This document shows, piece after piece, positions 51,601-64,000 of a stretch of 64,000 nucleotides of DNA (the stretch's first letter is position 1; each line of letters starts with the position of its first letter). The stretch is from Fimbriosthenelais zetlandica. Its lineage: Eukaryota. Both the position numbers and the translations under genes were made by a program. The stretch covers positions 18,228,001 through 18,292,000 of the forward strand of contig OZ365110.1 in NCBI GenBank assembly GCA_977030845.1, in the 5' to 3' direction. Under the pieces are notes generated by a model, which was not told where the DNA came from, did no database searches, and worked only from the letters and a program-made list of their open reading frames with translations.

Positions 51601-51682
51601 GCAGGATCCACATAACATCCTGAATGGGTCTCCTGCATTTCCGACAGTTCAAAACTGTTATTTGTTCAGCTTCTTCTGCCAT
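48663..51682 (-). CDS. SLC28A3: Concentrative nucleoside transporter (SLC28/CNT family), divergent, ~10 exons
   Basis: Family motifs: LSAHPSKIRW, LGLIILRW..GF, GAEFVFG, AILYYYGIIQ, VESFVAASNIFLGPTES, GFSTISGAVLAMYISFG, RSETIVTYAVCNFANFGSIG, RALVAGNMASFMTACISGL. The symbol denotes the family only. Confidence 0.9.
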
Positions 51683-52617
51683 AGGGCTATTGTGTTGGGA
51701 ACAAGGCGTGGTCCAACAATTTTTGTCTTGTTATGATGAAAAGGTTTTTATTTGGTCCCCTATGTGGTTTATTTAAATCCAAGTATAGACCTACTTGTAC
51801 CTATGTAACAGATAAGCTAATAAATATTCCACTCTCGGACTTTGTGCTTCAGACAATGACTGGACATTAAGCCATGACATTGTGTACACCCTTGTATTCA
51901 CAAAATCTGTGCCAATCTGACAGTGTAATACGGTGATGCATGAAAAGTCACTGTGGTAGGCCCTCCTAATTATTGTAGGCCTATCACTGCATAAAAATAA
52001 GGACAGTAATGTGGGTATAGGCCCAGCTCTCATGGAGCCTTATATCAGCCTACTATGCTACGTTCCGCCACTCGTAACACTGAAATTGCGAGGACACTTG
52101 TGTTTTGGAAATCTGTATACCCAAATGCATCCTTCGTCCAGTATTCTGCTTTTTATTATTGAAAGATAATTTTAGCCCAGCCAAATTATTCGGTTGTAGG
52201 CCTAGATTCGGTTCTAGATTTACGGTAGGCCTACCGATCCTTATCTCGGTTTATTGATCAATATGCCCGATCAGAAGTGATATGAACCACTTTTAGTCCT
52301 TAGGTATGTCTGCATGATAAGCTACAATGTATATAGTACAGTGTTAAAGGCGGCCTGGGTGTATCCTTGTAGGCATTTCGAAGCGGGAAACTGCGGCATG
52401 TGGCGCCAGAGTTGAGTAATGACAGAACTATTGTCCACGTGACAGGCTTCTGTGCGGAATGCGTAACTGACCTTTATTTTTACAGAGCGATCTTCCCATA
52501 ATGAAATTTTGTAATTTTATACATCCAGTAGTGAAGATTTTTTTAAACTTAATATGCAACTTTTAAAACTGTATAATTTTTATTAGACATTCTGTGCGTT
52601 CCTGCGATACCGGGCGG

Positions 52618-52637
52618 TGACGTCATGTAAATGGCGG
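52618..52637 (+). promoter_or_regulatory. CRE and YY1-like motifs upstream of RAD23
   Basis: TGACGTCA at 52618-52625 and AAATGGCGG at 52629-52637, preceded by a GGGCGG GC box. Confidence 0.55.
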
Positions 52638-52713
52638 AGGCCCGTAACTTGTGTATCATCATTGTCAGTTGGAGCTTGTGACTTTCTTTTTAAAGCCTTC
52701 TAAACACGCCAAA

Positions 52714-55700
52714 ATGATTGTTACGTTGAAGACCTTACAACAACAAACGTTCAAGATCGAGATTGACCCAGGAGAAACGGTAAGTTTTGCGTTATACTTG
52801 AGAAAACACACTAAAGTGTAGATTGAGGGGACAGGAAAGTGCCGTTGAATGGCCGAATGTGACGATTCATTCCCGACCCAACTCCCAAGTGCCAGTCACA
52901 CTCACACAGTCACCTGCACTTCGCACAGTAAAATTGGTCAGTCGGTGAGACGGGCGATAGTAAGCACCCTTACAAGCGAATTTGGGCCGATCTAAATGTT
53001 TGATCCTTCCCTGTTGCAATCATTCACATCACTTTTCTCGAGATCATAAAATTGAGATGGAGCACTGAGTTTAGCCTTGGCTTAGGTGTAAATTCTTGAT
53101 TTGATATGAACATCGGTTTCTGTATAGACGTTGTCTGTACACACTGGCCCCATGTGGTCTCAGCACTATTAATATTATTTCAAGATCCCTTTGCCTCTTT
53201 GGTTTTAATTTATACCCACCCTAACACTAACACTACAGTCTACAGCTCTCTTCATATTATAATTAATGTCGAATAATAATTAATATTGTGGACATGCACG
53301 AAGCTTTATATCTTTGTTGACTTTAACACTTGCTTATAGTTATAGATCCGTGTCTTATAATTTATATTTTTTCGCAGGTCAAAATCTTTAAGGAAAAAAT
53401 CGAGGCGGAAAAAGGAAGTGAATATGCAGTAGGCAATCAGAAACTCATATATGCCGGTAAAGATCTCTCATGTATTTTTCTTATAAAAATGTATAACATT
53501 TTCGTTGTCGAACAAATAGATGTAACGTTAGTAAATATATTTGTTGAAACGTCCAGCATGCCATCAAGGATCTTTTATGCTAAATCAATTCAATTACATG
53601 TACCTCAATCTCAATCTTTTAATAATTTATTTTTATATTAATTGTTTTTTCCTTTGCAGGTAAAATCCTTGAAGATGACAAAGAAATATCCTTTTACAAG
53701 ATCGAGGAGAAAAACTTTGTCGTTATTATGGTAACAAAGGTAAAAAATATTTCTATTTGAAACCATAGACTTGTCTTGGACATCATTTGAGCAGTAGAAT
53801 CCCTAGAGATTTTGTCGTGTGTACTACAGAAAGATAAGATGATAGAATTGGAAATACTTTTGTTGGACTAAAATGTAGGGCTTCACTTTACTCATGAAAT
53901 CTTTCACTTCAGCCCAAAAAGTCAGCTGCACCTGAAAGTAAACCTGCGCCAGCGCCTGAAGCAGCTGCAGCCCCAACACCCGCACCTGCTGCTGCCGAAC
54001 CCAAAACAGAAGTGAAACCAAAGGAGGAAAAACCTAAAGAAGAAGAAGCAGAGAAAAAGGAAACCGCTAGTGGTACGACACCCCCAGCCCAGCCTGCCGC
54101 CGCTGCCACAACAGAACCAGGAATGACAAGTGCAGAAAGTACATTGGTCACAGGAGAAACGTATGAACAGACGGTATCAGAAATCATGAACATGGGCTTT
54201 GAAAGAGATCAAGTAATCCGGGCACTCCGTGCTAGTTTCAACAATCCAGACCGTGCTGTAGAATATTTACTAACTGTAAGTACACAACCTTAACTTCAGA
54301 CTTCATATTGGAAAATTATAAATATACGTTGTGTTATATCCGAGAGAATACACCGTCTCTGGTTTTATGAAAAATTAACAATGTCACATCCATAAATAAA
54401 TGTTTAGAGATCCATCATAAAAAATCAATTGGTGACTTTTATTCCAGGGTATTCCAGAAGAGCCAGCACCAGCACCTGCACCCGCCCAAGCCCCCGCCCC
54501 AGCCCCAGCTCCAGCCCAAGCACCTGCCCCCACACTAGGCGAGGCTGACGACCCTCCTGCCTCCCAGCCACCCACAGCCGCTCCATCAGGGGGACAAGGC
54601 CCAGCTCCTGGCCAAGGTATACACGTCAATCTCGCATTCTTCCAATTCCATCGCAATTCATAAACCTTAATCCAAGAAAAATATCTTGCCCAAAATATAA
54701 ATTGTCCTGTGAATACATTAATTCGGTATGCACCCTGTTGGTTATTGTTTAATTTATTTGTGTGTTTTGTCTAGATCCTCTTCAGTTCTTACGATCGCAG
54801 CCACAATTTCAACAAATGCGTCAGTTGATCCAGCAGAACCCTAACCTACTGTCAGCCTTCCTCCAACAGATTAGACAGTCTAATCCTCGTCTATTTGAGG
54901 TATGCACTCATACCACTAATTTTGCCTTTGCCTTATATCGTAAGAGTTCTGAATAGTGTTGTGTAGATCCAGATCCACTTTTCATTATTGAGAAGTGTTC
55001 GCTATTCTGCGTTAGCGCTAAGGTCTAATTGTTTATAGTCACTTCGGCTAAACGCATGAAATTTGGTTTAGCCAAGCGAGAACCCCCCTAGCCGAACGCA
55101 CCTATTGAAACTTCTTGATACTGTGTATTAAAAAAATACTTAAATTGTCTTTTTTATATTGTAGTTGATCACTCAGAACCAGGAGCAGTTTGTTCAGATG
55201 CTCAATGAAGCCGCTGCCGGTCCTGAAGGTGGTGCTGGTGGTCAAGCCCAGCCTGGTGCTCTAGGACTTGCGGGCACTGGCGGTAGTGGTAGTGGTAGTG
55301 GCACTGGAGGAACTGGTGCACCCATGGATGGTAGTGGTTTCATTCAAGTAACACCAGAGGAAAAACAGGCCATAGAAAGAGTAAGTAAAATCTCCACATA
55401 TTTATTAAATATAAACTTTGGCAAGTCTCTCCAGAGCCGTAGCCCAGTCTATCCAGGAAACTAAAATTAAATATCAAAGGGGGAAATTTAATGAAAATGT
55501 TTGTCTAAAAAATGATAAATAATTTGTATTCAGTTGGCACAAGTCCGTACTCTCTTCTCTGGTCGCAGAATTAACTTATTTTCGACACAATTTAAAATAA
55601 ATTGTTTTAATTTCAGTTGAAGGCGCTTGGTTTCCCTGAGGGACTCTGCATCCAGGCTTACTTTGCCTGTGAAAAGAACGAGGACCTCGCTGCCAACTTT

Positions 55701-55751
55701 TTGTTGTCACAGGATTTAGATGAAGACGAGGGTCAGTTACCTCAGAGTTGA
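52714..55751 (+). CDS. RAD23B: UV excision repair protein RAD23 homolog, 8 exons, ~410 aa
   Basis: Exons 52714-52779, 53378-53456, 53660-53739, 53913-54275, 54448-54616, 54775-54899, 55165-55380, 55617-55751. UBL ([28 protein letters not shown]), UBA1 ([26 protein letters not shown]), XPC-binding ([22 protein letters not shown]), UBA2 ([29 protein letters not shown]). A vs B is not resolvable. Confidence 0.97.
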
Positions 55752-57904
55752 CCTCTCTAACGGACATTTTGTTTTCTCGCTGCCTGCACCTGCCCGCCCA
55801 TAATACTGAGTACCACGTGAGCCTAGTCTCGTCCCATCTTACTACTACAACGTCATTATTATCATTTGTACCAAGCGCTACCAGCAACTGAGGCTTTTAT
55901 TTTATTACTTCCTAACTATAGCTACTACTCCTACTACCAACACCTAAAAACCAGATATTTGCAACAAATGAGGGGCGGCAGTGACACCATAGATTATATC
56001 TGAAGCCTAGATCCTTTACTGTTCTTGGTTGCACAAATTAAGTAATCATTGGGAGGAGAATTTTTAAATCTTCAAATTCAAGAAATTTTAAACTATAAAA
56101 TTAATCTTTGTCAGATGAAAATACCCCTGTGTTCCGAAATTGTCACTGGGGGTCATTTAAGAAGATAATTCATTTCTAGATAATTGTTCTCTGGTGAAAA
56201 AATGAATGGATACTATCTGATAGTTACAAACAAGGATTAGGGATGGGACCTGTAATGTTGGGAAGTTTTAAGAATGGAGATTTTAGGACCATTCTCTTAA
56301 CTATCATCATCCTGACTGTACTACGACTTTCATTGACAGTTGGAGTGGAGCATGTATTTGATACAAGAACAGATCAAATCTGTATGGGAAAGTCTTTGTA
56401 ATGCGCGGTTTCTGTTTTTAAAACTATGATGTGAATTGTTTATAGATGCATTCATATTCCGTCTAGAAATTCTACGTGGTACATCGTACTGTAAGTCACT
56501 GGTCTAAAAGGATGGTCAAAATTATCGGTTTTCATTTCTGATTTATTCATGCCAAATAATACATAATTATTCCAATTTGTATTGTATAATAACATAAGAA
56601 TTTATCCAGGCTTCACTGGAGAAAAAGCAAAGTTGCTCGATCTAACTAGTTGTTATCTTTATAAGCTTTTCTCCTGTTCCATATGCAAGTTGGACATGGA
56701 CTTAAATTCAAAGCAGGCAATGTCTTATGCTTTTCTTCTGTTGTACAATAAAACCAAATTCTCCTACGTCAATGCTTCTTTTGCGTCATGATTTATACAA
56801 GTATTGTTTGGTGAAAAAAATGTATTTCGGAAAAAGTAGTCTCATCAGGATTTTGTAAAACCGTAAATTTCTGGAATTATTTTTAGTGCTCTTCTCTCTA
56901 GGCCTAAATGTCGTCCCCACATGTTACAAGATGTCGCTAGTTCAATAGTCAAACACTGTACCAGATCCTCCCGTCCATCTAGGTATGATAGATGGCTATG
57001 AAAATAGGGAGACAAATAACCTACATTATTTATTACAATCTTTACATCATTCAATCAACCCTATACAAAAGAGCAATTAATGCTTTATCTTTTTAAAAGA
57101 AAATTAATTTGATTACGATAACCGGTACATACAAATTGATGCCCCTTCCATCTATATGCCTTACTCCCTCACAGCTCTAATATCATCAACATATTTGTAT
57201 AATATATGCATTGAGTTTACCCCCTACCCCGGTGGCCTCATTATGTCCGCCTACCAGCGTCCGGCAAGCGCCGGTCGTTCACCGTAAAGCGCCGGCGCCG
57301 TTTGATTATGCAGACTGGTCGGCGCGCCCCCTACAGGCAAATCCGGAAACTACCTCCAATGCTTTTGTACATTTACCGCTGTTCACTGGAAAATCGCGTA
57401 AGTTTATCCATTTATCCTCGTATCATGCACTTATCAATCATAATTCCCTAAACATTTTAGCCAGGCGTAATGTGCATATAATCCTCAAACTTTAAGTAAA
57501 TACAGAATATACCGAGCAATCCCGTAAATCTCTTCATGGGTGAGCGATAATAGGGAGGTTGGCAAACCAACACAAACCGCTTTTGTGTTTACCTCCCTAC
57601 GTAAATCTATGGTAGTATCGGAAAAAGGCTTAATCTATATTGCTATTTGATCGCAATTCATATCCTTTATAACCATGTTCTTCTGAAATTCATATCAGAT
57701 TTTAATGCCATCCCTTTATTATATTCGTTGACACTGCCTTTTAAGCCAGACTTTCTAATTAATTGTATACCGCTAGGCCTACCCATTGCATTCCAGTTGA
57801 AAAGTGAGATGGAGGATCGATGAAAACATTATAGACGTTATAGACAATACACCATAATAGACTCCTAAAGATTCAAGGTTTGAAAGTTCTTAGGAGGACT
57901 AAAT

Positions 57905-60900
57905 ATGGATGGTAAGTCTGACTTGATGTTGTGTTTTTTTGCTTAAAATTATTAAATTTCTCCTACTCCTAGGTAGGCCTAGGCCTACATTAAATAATAT
58001 CAAACAATAAATGTCTAAACTATGAAAATCGAAATATAGTACCCGTAGGCCTAAAGTCTAAACTAATTTAAACATAGGACTACAAGACCTTTTTCTGCTT
58101 TCGTAAAAAGGTCTTCATGGGTATTTGTTAAAAAAATTGAATTGTACATGTATTTGTATTATAGCGACTATAATAGCCTGCTTGTATTTTTCTCTGTTGC
58201 AATTAATGGAAAAGGATAGGCCTACGATCATACCATGCATGTTAAATAGGGTCTATTACTTTGATGTTTTAACAGAGGAGAGTAGCTTTTGGATGAGCAT
58301 GGAGGAGATCATGGCTGAATCCTCCTCTTCAACGAGTAACTCTGAGCAGGTTGCTGGATCCAGCCGAGAGAGGCTTATTATCCATGCAAACTGGACTGAC
58401 CGTGTAAACCTGGTTCTACCCAAAGAAATGGACCGCTACCTCAAAGGTGTTGTCTCCAAAAAAAACAGACTCTCACTGGTCCGCTTACTCGTCGACCGAA
58501 TGTTTGAGGTAATTGATAGGCCTATGTTTTATTTTTAACCTAAAATAATGTTATCCCGTATATTTTGGTATATTAGTCATGGCATAAAACCTAGCCAAAG
58601 TGTCTTAAATTCTTATGACTAATTTTTCCCCAAAAAAACTCGTGATTATGTTCTCCCAATATTGTAGGTGGAATTGTTCCCCAAGAAGAAAGAGGTAGAG
58701 CTTATTGCTCAACGCGTGGTCAGCCAGTACCCAGTCTTGTCTGACAAAGATGGTACATGTCTTCTTGGCAGTGGCTTCAGCTCGCTCGCTCATCAACTAC
58801 TTAACCGCATCGACACTCTTCACCGCATTCGCACTTTAACTTCCAAGCGTAAAATCCCCAATATGGCACTGATCGGAAGTAAAAAGTCAAAGTAGGTACC
58901 GGTACCACTTCATTGTAAAACAATGTTATATTTTTAAAACTATAAAAGTAATACCGGTAGACTACTCCGTGTATATGTACTCAAAATCTTATGATGATAT
59001 TAATACCGGTATGTTAAATCGAAGATAAAATTAAGTAGACTAAGAAACTGTTTCAACTTTTCTCATTTCTTTATTCAGACATGGGTGTATCAACTGGCAA
59101 CCTCAAGGTTTAGACGAAGGGGAAAGTAATAAAAGTCAAGAAGAGAAGAGGAAAGAGCTGATTTCGATGTACAATGATGGAATCAGTAACGATAGAACCT
59201 TAGCACTCCAGGAAAAGACATACTTCTCCCAGCGATTTGCCATCAACCAAGGTGTGTTACATTATAGTCATACTCATTCATATTATACATAAAATGAACA
59301 GACATTAAAGATTTGGAAATAGTTTGAAAAAACTCTTATACCCTAGATGTTATAAAAAGTCTCACAAAATTGATATATTTACATTAGAAATACTCAGATA
59401 CGGGTAATTGTGTCAGAAATTTTGTTCAGTAATCACTTCCTCTCCTTCAGGAACCAAAGTGCTTGAGTTGATGGAGACGTGGCCGACTCTGTTCACCTTT
59501 GATGGCGCCATGGCCCATGCTAAAAAGCTGACTGGTTGGTACTTTTTATAATGTGTATATTTTCCAAATATATTAATGTAAAGCTATTTTGACATACCAT
59601 ACATTTAGTATTATTAATGTTCAAGAACGCCTCTGGCCGAGCAGAGTCACAATGTGAGGTGACATACCAGAATCTAATATCTAACACTAGAAATATTAAT
59701 TTCTCTGCTCATTTGTTATACTATTATTTTAGGAGAGAACTTCTGGAGGAACATCATAGATGCTTATGAGAGCAAAGGCAATTCTTGGATCAATTTCATC
59801 AAGTCGCTTGATACGGAAAAAACCAATATCGTCATGTAAGTCACTTTTGAATTATATAGAGTTCTGAAAACCCTGAGAAACATCATCAAAGATTAAAATA
59901 ATCTATACACATAGAGGTAATGATGCACTGTGTATGCAATAATATCGTTTTTTAATCACTTTCAGGGCGGAGATGGAGGAACTAATGTTTCAATATAAAA
60001 GAAATAAAGATGTATTTTATGTTGGATTATTCATGCTTGTGAATACGATGATGGGTGAATCCGATGGCTCTTTGCTGGTTGAAGAGGCGGTAAGTAGAGA
60101 GTGATACCCTGTCCTATCTAAATTGTAGGTCATTGGATCTATTACATGGTCTATTTTTATGCACACACATGTACATGTATGAATGTATTTCTTAACATCG
60201 ATTTAATTTATAGGCTTACAACACTTCCATTCAGGAGGGCCAGTTTGTGATTGAAAATCCCTGTATTATATACTCTGGTAAGTTTTTCCAATCTTCTGTT
60301 GTGGCCTTTTATTATTACCAGGTATTTCATTCACACCAATTTAATCCCTATATTTGTCTTCAAACTTTAGACCTTGCACCTAACTAACTCTTTTCAGGTT
60401 TGTCAGCACTTAGATGTGCGAAGTTCAGAGTGGCCCTTGAGGGAAAGTTACTTCGCGGTGAAGTGAATTTTCCGGCTGCCTTGTCCATGATATTTAGTTT
60501 CTATTTTTCACTGAACAAACTCTACCCTACCGAGGACTCTGCTACACTGGACCTATTTCAGAGGTGAGGTTATTCTGGTGTTTGGAGACTATCAAATACT
60601 TTTGAATTCACCCCTGCTTTCAGGTTTTATTTCAGATAGATTTGTGTGTTTATCTCAGATCTTTTCTCGGAATAAATCCCCCCAATGGATCTAAGATGAG
60701 AGGGAATGGTCACAGCAAAGGAGTTCATGCTAAAGTTAGCACATTCTTTCAAAAGTTTGCAGCCTACACCGCTGCTGTAGGTAAGATGAATCCCACAATT
60801 GTCTGTAACGTATTTGTCTTTTGGGCACTTGTCTTTTATATTTTACTCTGACGCTATTATATACAAGTATTTCTTGCAATAAACTTTTACAATGTGGACT

Positions 60901-63900
60901 TTTATTTAAACTATTATTTGCTATTCTTCAGAATCTCTAGATGGTTTCAGGACCCAGAACACGAACCAGAAGAGTGAGAGCAGTAGAGTGGAACCAAAGG
61001 AAACAAGTAAATCTTCTATTCCCTTCGATGTACAGCAACGCAACTCGTGCAAAAGGAACTGGACCGACAAATTTCAGTTGGTGCTTCCTGATGAAATTCT
61101 TGGCCTCATCCGGGGACCTGAGCTGTTACCATGGAAACAGCTGGAATTCACTCGTCATGTCATGGACATGGTCTATGCTGTGAGTGATAAATTTATTTAG
61201 TTAATTATCTAGTTATTTAGTTATCTTCTGAGTTATTTATTGTCTGTGCTTCTAAAAAATATCCTTCATTTTGTTCAGCTTGACACTCATCCAAGACGGA
61301 GGGACCTGAAGATAATGGCCAAGGGTCTGGTCACCATGTACCCGATCCTCATTGAAAATGAAGAGCTGAAAGACATCGCCTCTGCTGGAGAAAAACTCAC
61401 ACAACAACTATTCAACAAACATGATAATTGTAACAGAAAGAGAAAGCTGGAAGACATCTTATTGCTTCCACAAGTACCGAAAAAGACCAACCTAGCCATG
61501 TAAGTCAAGGGTTTAATCATGTCTTAATTTGAATTCGGTTGAACTAAAAATGGATATAATGGGCTAATTAGCATTAACATTTGTTATATATCATGCTTTA
61601 ATTTGTGTCAGTTTGGTTATAATTAACATCACAACAATTATTATTATTATTGAGAAAAATTTGCTTTATTTGGTTAGATGTGGATGTGAATACTGCGATC
61701 CATACTTTCTGGGTGAGGACGAAACGCCTCAAGAAGAGAAGCGTCTCCAGATGTTAGCGCTGTTCCAGGAAGGAAAAGAGAACTCGCATATAATAGACCT
61801 ACAGAAACAAACCTACCTCTACCAACGGAGAGATATCAACAGTGGTATGTGTGTGTAAATATCCAAGGGAGGGGAGGAGGTGCGTTGGGAGGGGGTTGTG
61901 GGTGGCGGGTATTCAGGGTAATGTTCATACATGAACGGTATGAAAAATGAGAGAGATACCAAACTTTTTTTTTATTTTTAGAATCTATTACACGCGGCCT
62001 TATAGAAAAGTGGCCATCACTCTTCACGTATGTTGGTGCCATGACCCATGCCGAGCAGCTAACAGGTAAACACCCATGGGCCTAATATCTAATATTCAAA
62101 CAATCCTGAATTGTTAGTCACCTCAACAAATAATGCAATAAATACATTTAACTCGTGATGTGTTTATTCCAGGGATAAACTTTGGGGAAAACATGGTTGA
62201 TGCTTTCAAGAAGAAATCGGAAGCTTTTTATGATTACATCAGGCGACTTGAAAACGAGAAAGTTGCTCAAGTTCTGTAAGTCATTAAGACCTTATCATGC
62301 AGATTGTGACACTGCCTTTTGCTGGTTATCTATTTATTACTGTAACTTAAATTGATAATTTTAGGTGGTTATTTTGAACTTTCTCTCCATTTTCAAATAT
62401 TAACAGACTTGATATCGAGGCAGCTAAAGAGCGCACAGGACGAGAAGCGACATTAGAGGTGGGACTTCTAATTCTGATCAACACAGTACTGGAGGAAACA
62501 ACAAAGAACCTGTTCGCCCAAGGACATGTAATTATAACAGAAACATTAACCATGTGAAAATCTAAATAATCATATATTAAAACAATCCAGAACTGTGTAG
62601 TAATTGAGAGATTAACAATTTTACTTATGATAGATATATGTGTTTATTACTACTTTTTCCCAGGGTGTGACATGTGATCTGACTATGAATCGGTGGTTAC
62701 CGGTCACCCCGTGTATTGTTTACCATGGTATGTATTTTATAAGAGAAATTTTCCTTTTAATATTGTATTTATAAAACTGACTAATAATCATGAAACTTTA
62801 ACCATTAAATTGACTTTTCCGTCACTGAAAATTCTGAAAATACTCTATGACACCTGACTGTGACAATTTTTGGCTTTCAGGATCAGACCCACTGGTATCG
62901 GAAAAGTTTATGGTGGCCACTGACCGGTATCTGCTGAGTGGAGAGATGGGCTTCCCACAAGCCTTGGCCATGGTCTTCGCCCTCCAATTTAACCTCAACA
63001 AACTCTATGCCCAAGATGCAGGAGCCACCCTGGACTTCTTTCAAAGGTCGGGTTCTGGTTTTCTTCCAAAGAGTTTAATTTCTGAATAGCATGAATAATA
63101 AGGACCATGTATCGCAGAAACAAGCCCTTTTCTATATCTTGCAAAGTATTCTATGCGTAATACCAAGAAGACAACTGCTGCAAATGTTCATCCGTTGGCC
63201 GCCATGTTTGTAAAAATCGGATCAGGATGTGAGTTTGTCTGTATTGCTCTGACAATCCAGAGGTCACCAGTCCCTGCTGCTTGACAAGAATTATGCCAGA
63301 TTGGCTAATCAAAAGTTTAAGGTCAGAACTACAAAGGGAAGATTACTTCATACTTAGTCTTTAACTCCCTATTTAACACGAGAATTTTGTACCTTCAGGT
63401 TTTTCATTGGTATAAACCACAGTACAGGAGCGAAGACAGGAGATAACTATCCATTTGATGGGATTCACCCTGATGTCACTGTCTTTTATCGCAAATTTCA
63501 ACTGCACATGCTCTCAGGTACTTTAATATTTTATAAGTGACATTTGTGAAGATTAATAACCTAACCTGTTACCTGCATTATCTAGGGAGACTAGGAGCTT
63601 AGTTGGTGTGATTGATGTTATTTCAGTTCATGGTGCTGCCAATCCGAGCCTGGAGTGCATTGACCAGGAGACGGTAGATGTCTGTCTGGATGCTGAAACT
63701 TTACAAAACACGACATGCCAAAAACACTGGACAGATAGGATCGAACTCAAGTTTCCTGATGAAATGAAGCGAAACTTGAAGGCCCACGTACTAGAACCAA
63801 CCATGCGCAAGGCCTTCATCAGACTGGTCATGGATCAAGTCATGACTGTAGGTTCCCTTCTAATACTACCCTGTTCTTTAAAACTTCGACTTTGACACAT

Positions 63901-64000
63901 ATTTAAGCCATGGACAGAAGGTGGAGGTGGATTTCTATATTTTGATTGAACTTTTCAGCTGCAGTCCAACCCAAAGCAATCCGAATTGAAGATCATCGCT
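57905..64000 (+). CDS. Large uncharacterised protein of tandem SAMD3-like modules (at least 3), 3'-partial
   Basis: MD start exon 57905-57911 (inferred), then 20 exons in one continuous reading frame. Module 1 spans 58276-60780, module 2 spans 60932-63517, module 3 starts at 63627. Shared motifs: WTD...L..P, IA..VV..YP.L, TY..QR..IN, WP.LF...GAM.HA..LTG, PCI.Y.G, F.LNKLY.....ATLD.FQR.F.GIN. Confidence 0.8.

Noticed and set aside
51791-52033. 80-aa ORF upstream of SLC28 as an extra coding exon
   Set aside because: It ends in a stop before the SLC28 ATG, has no transporter motifs and lacks a clear splice link.

Overview
Intron-rich animal (probably lophotrochozoan invertebrate) genomic DNA; no prokaryotic features or CRISPR arrays. 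Gene models were built by hand by joining GT-AG exons in frame. Gene order: PEX13(+), RPS7(-), RNase H1 copy A(+) with an unidentified 200-aa gene nested in its intron 2, a ~5.8-kb inverted (foldback-like) 166/167-bp satellite, RNase H1 copy B(+, no hybrid-binding domain), ELOC(-), neurensin(+), STPG1(-), RRM2(+), a claudin/PMP22-like gene(-), a tandem ricin-B lectin(+), a divergent SLC28/CNT transporter(-), RAD23(+), and a gene running off the window end(+) built from tandem 431-aa, 9-exon SAMD3-like modules. The most unusual parts are the phase-compatible two-cassette RNase H locus around the palindromic satellite, the nested orphan gene, the multi-module SAMD3-like protein, and a CNT that appears to lack key nucleoside-binding residues. 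All homology calls come from motif recognition, not database searches.
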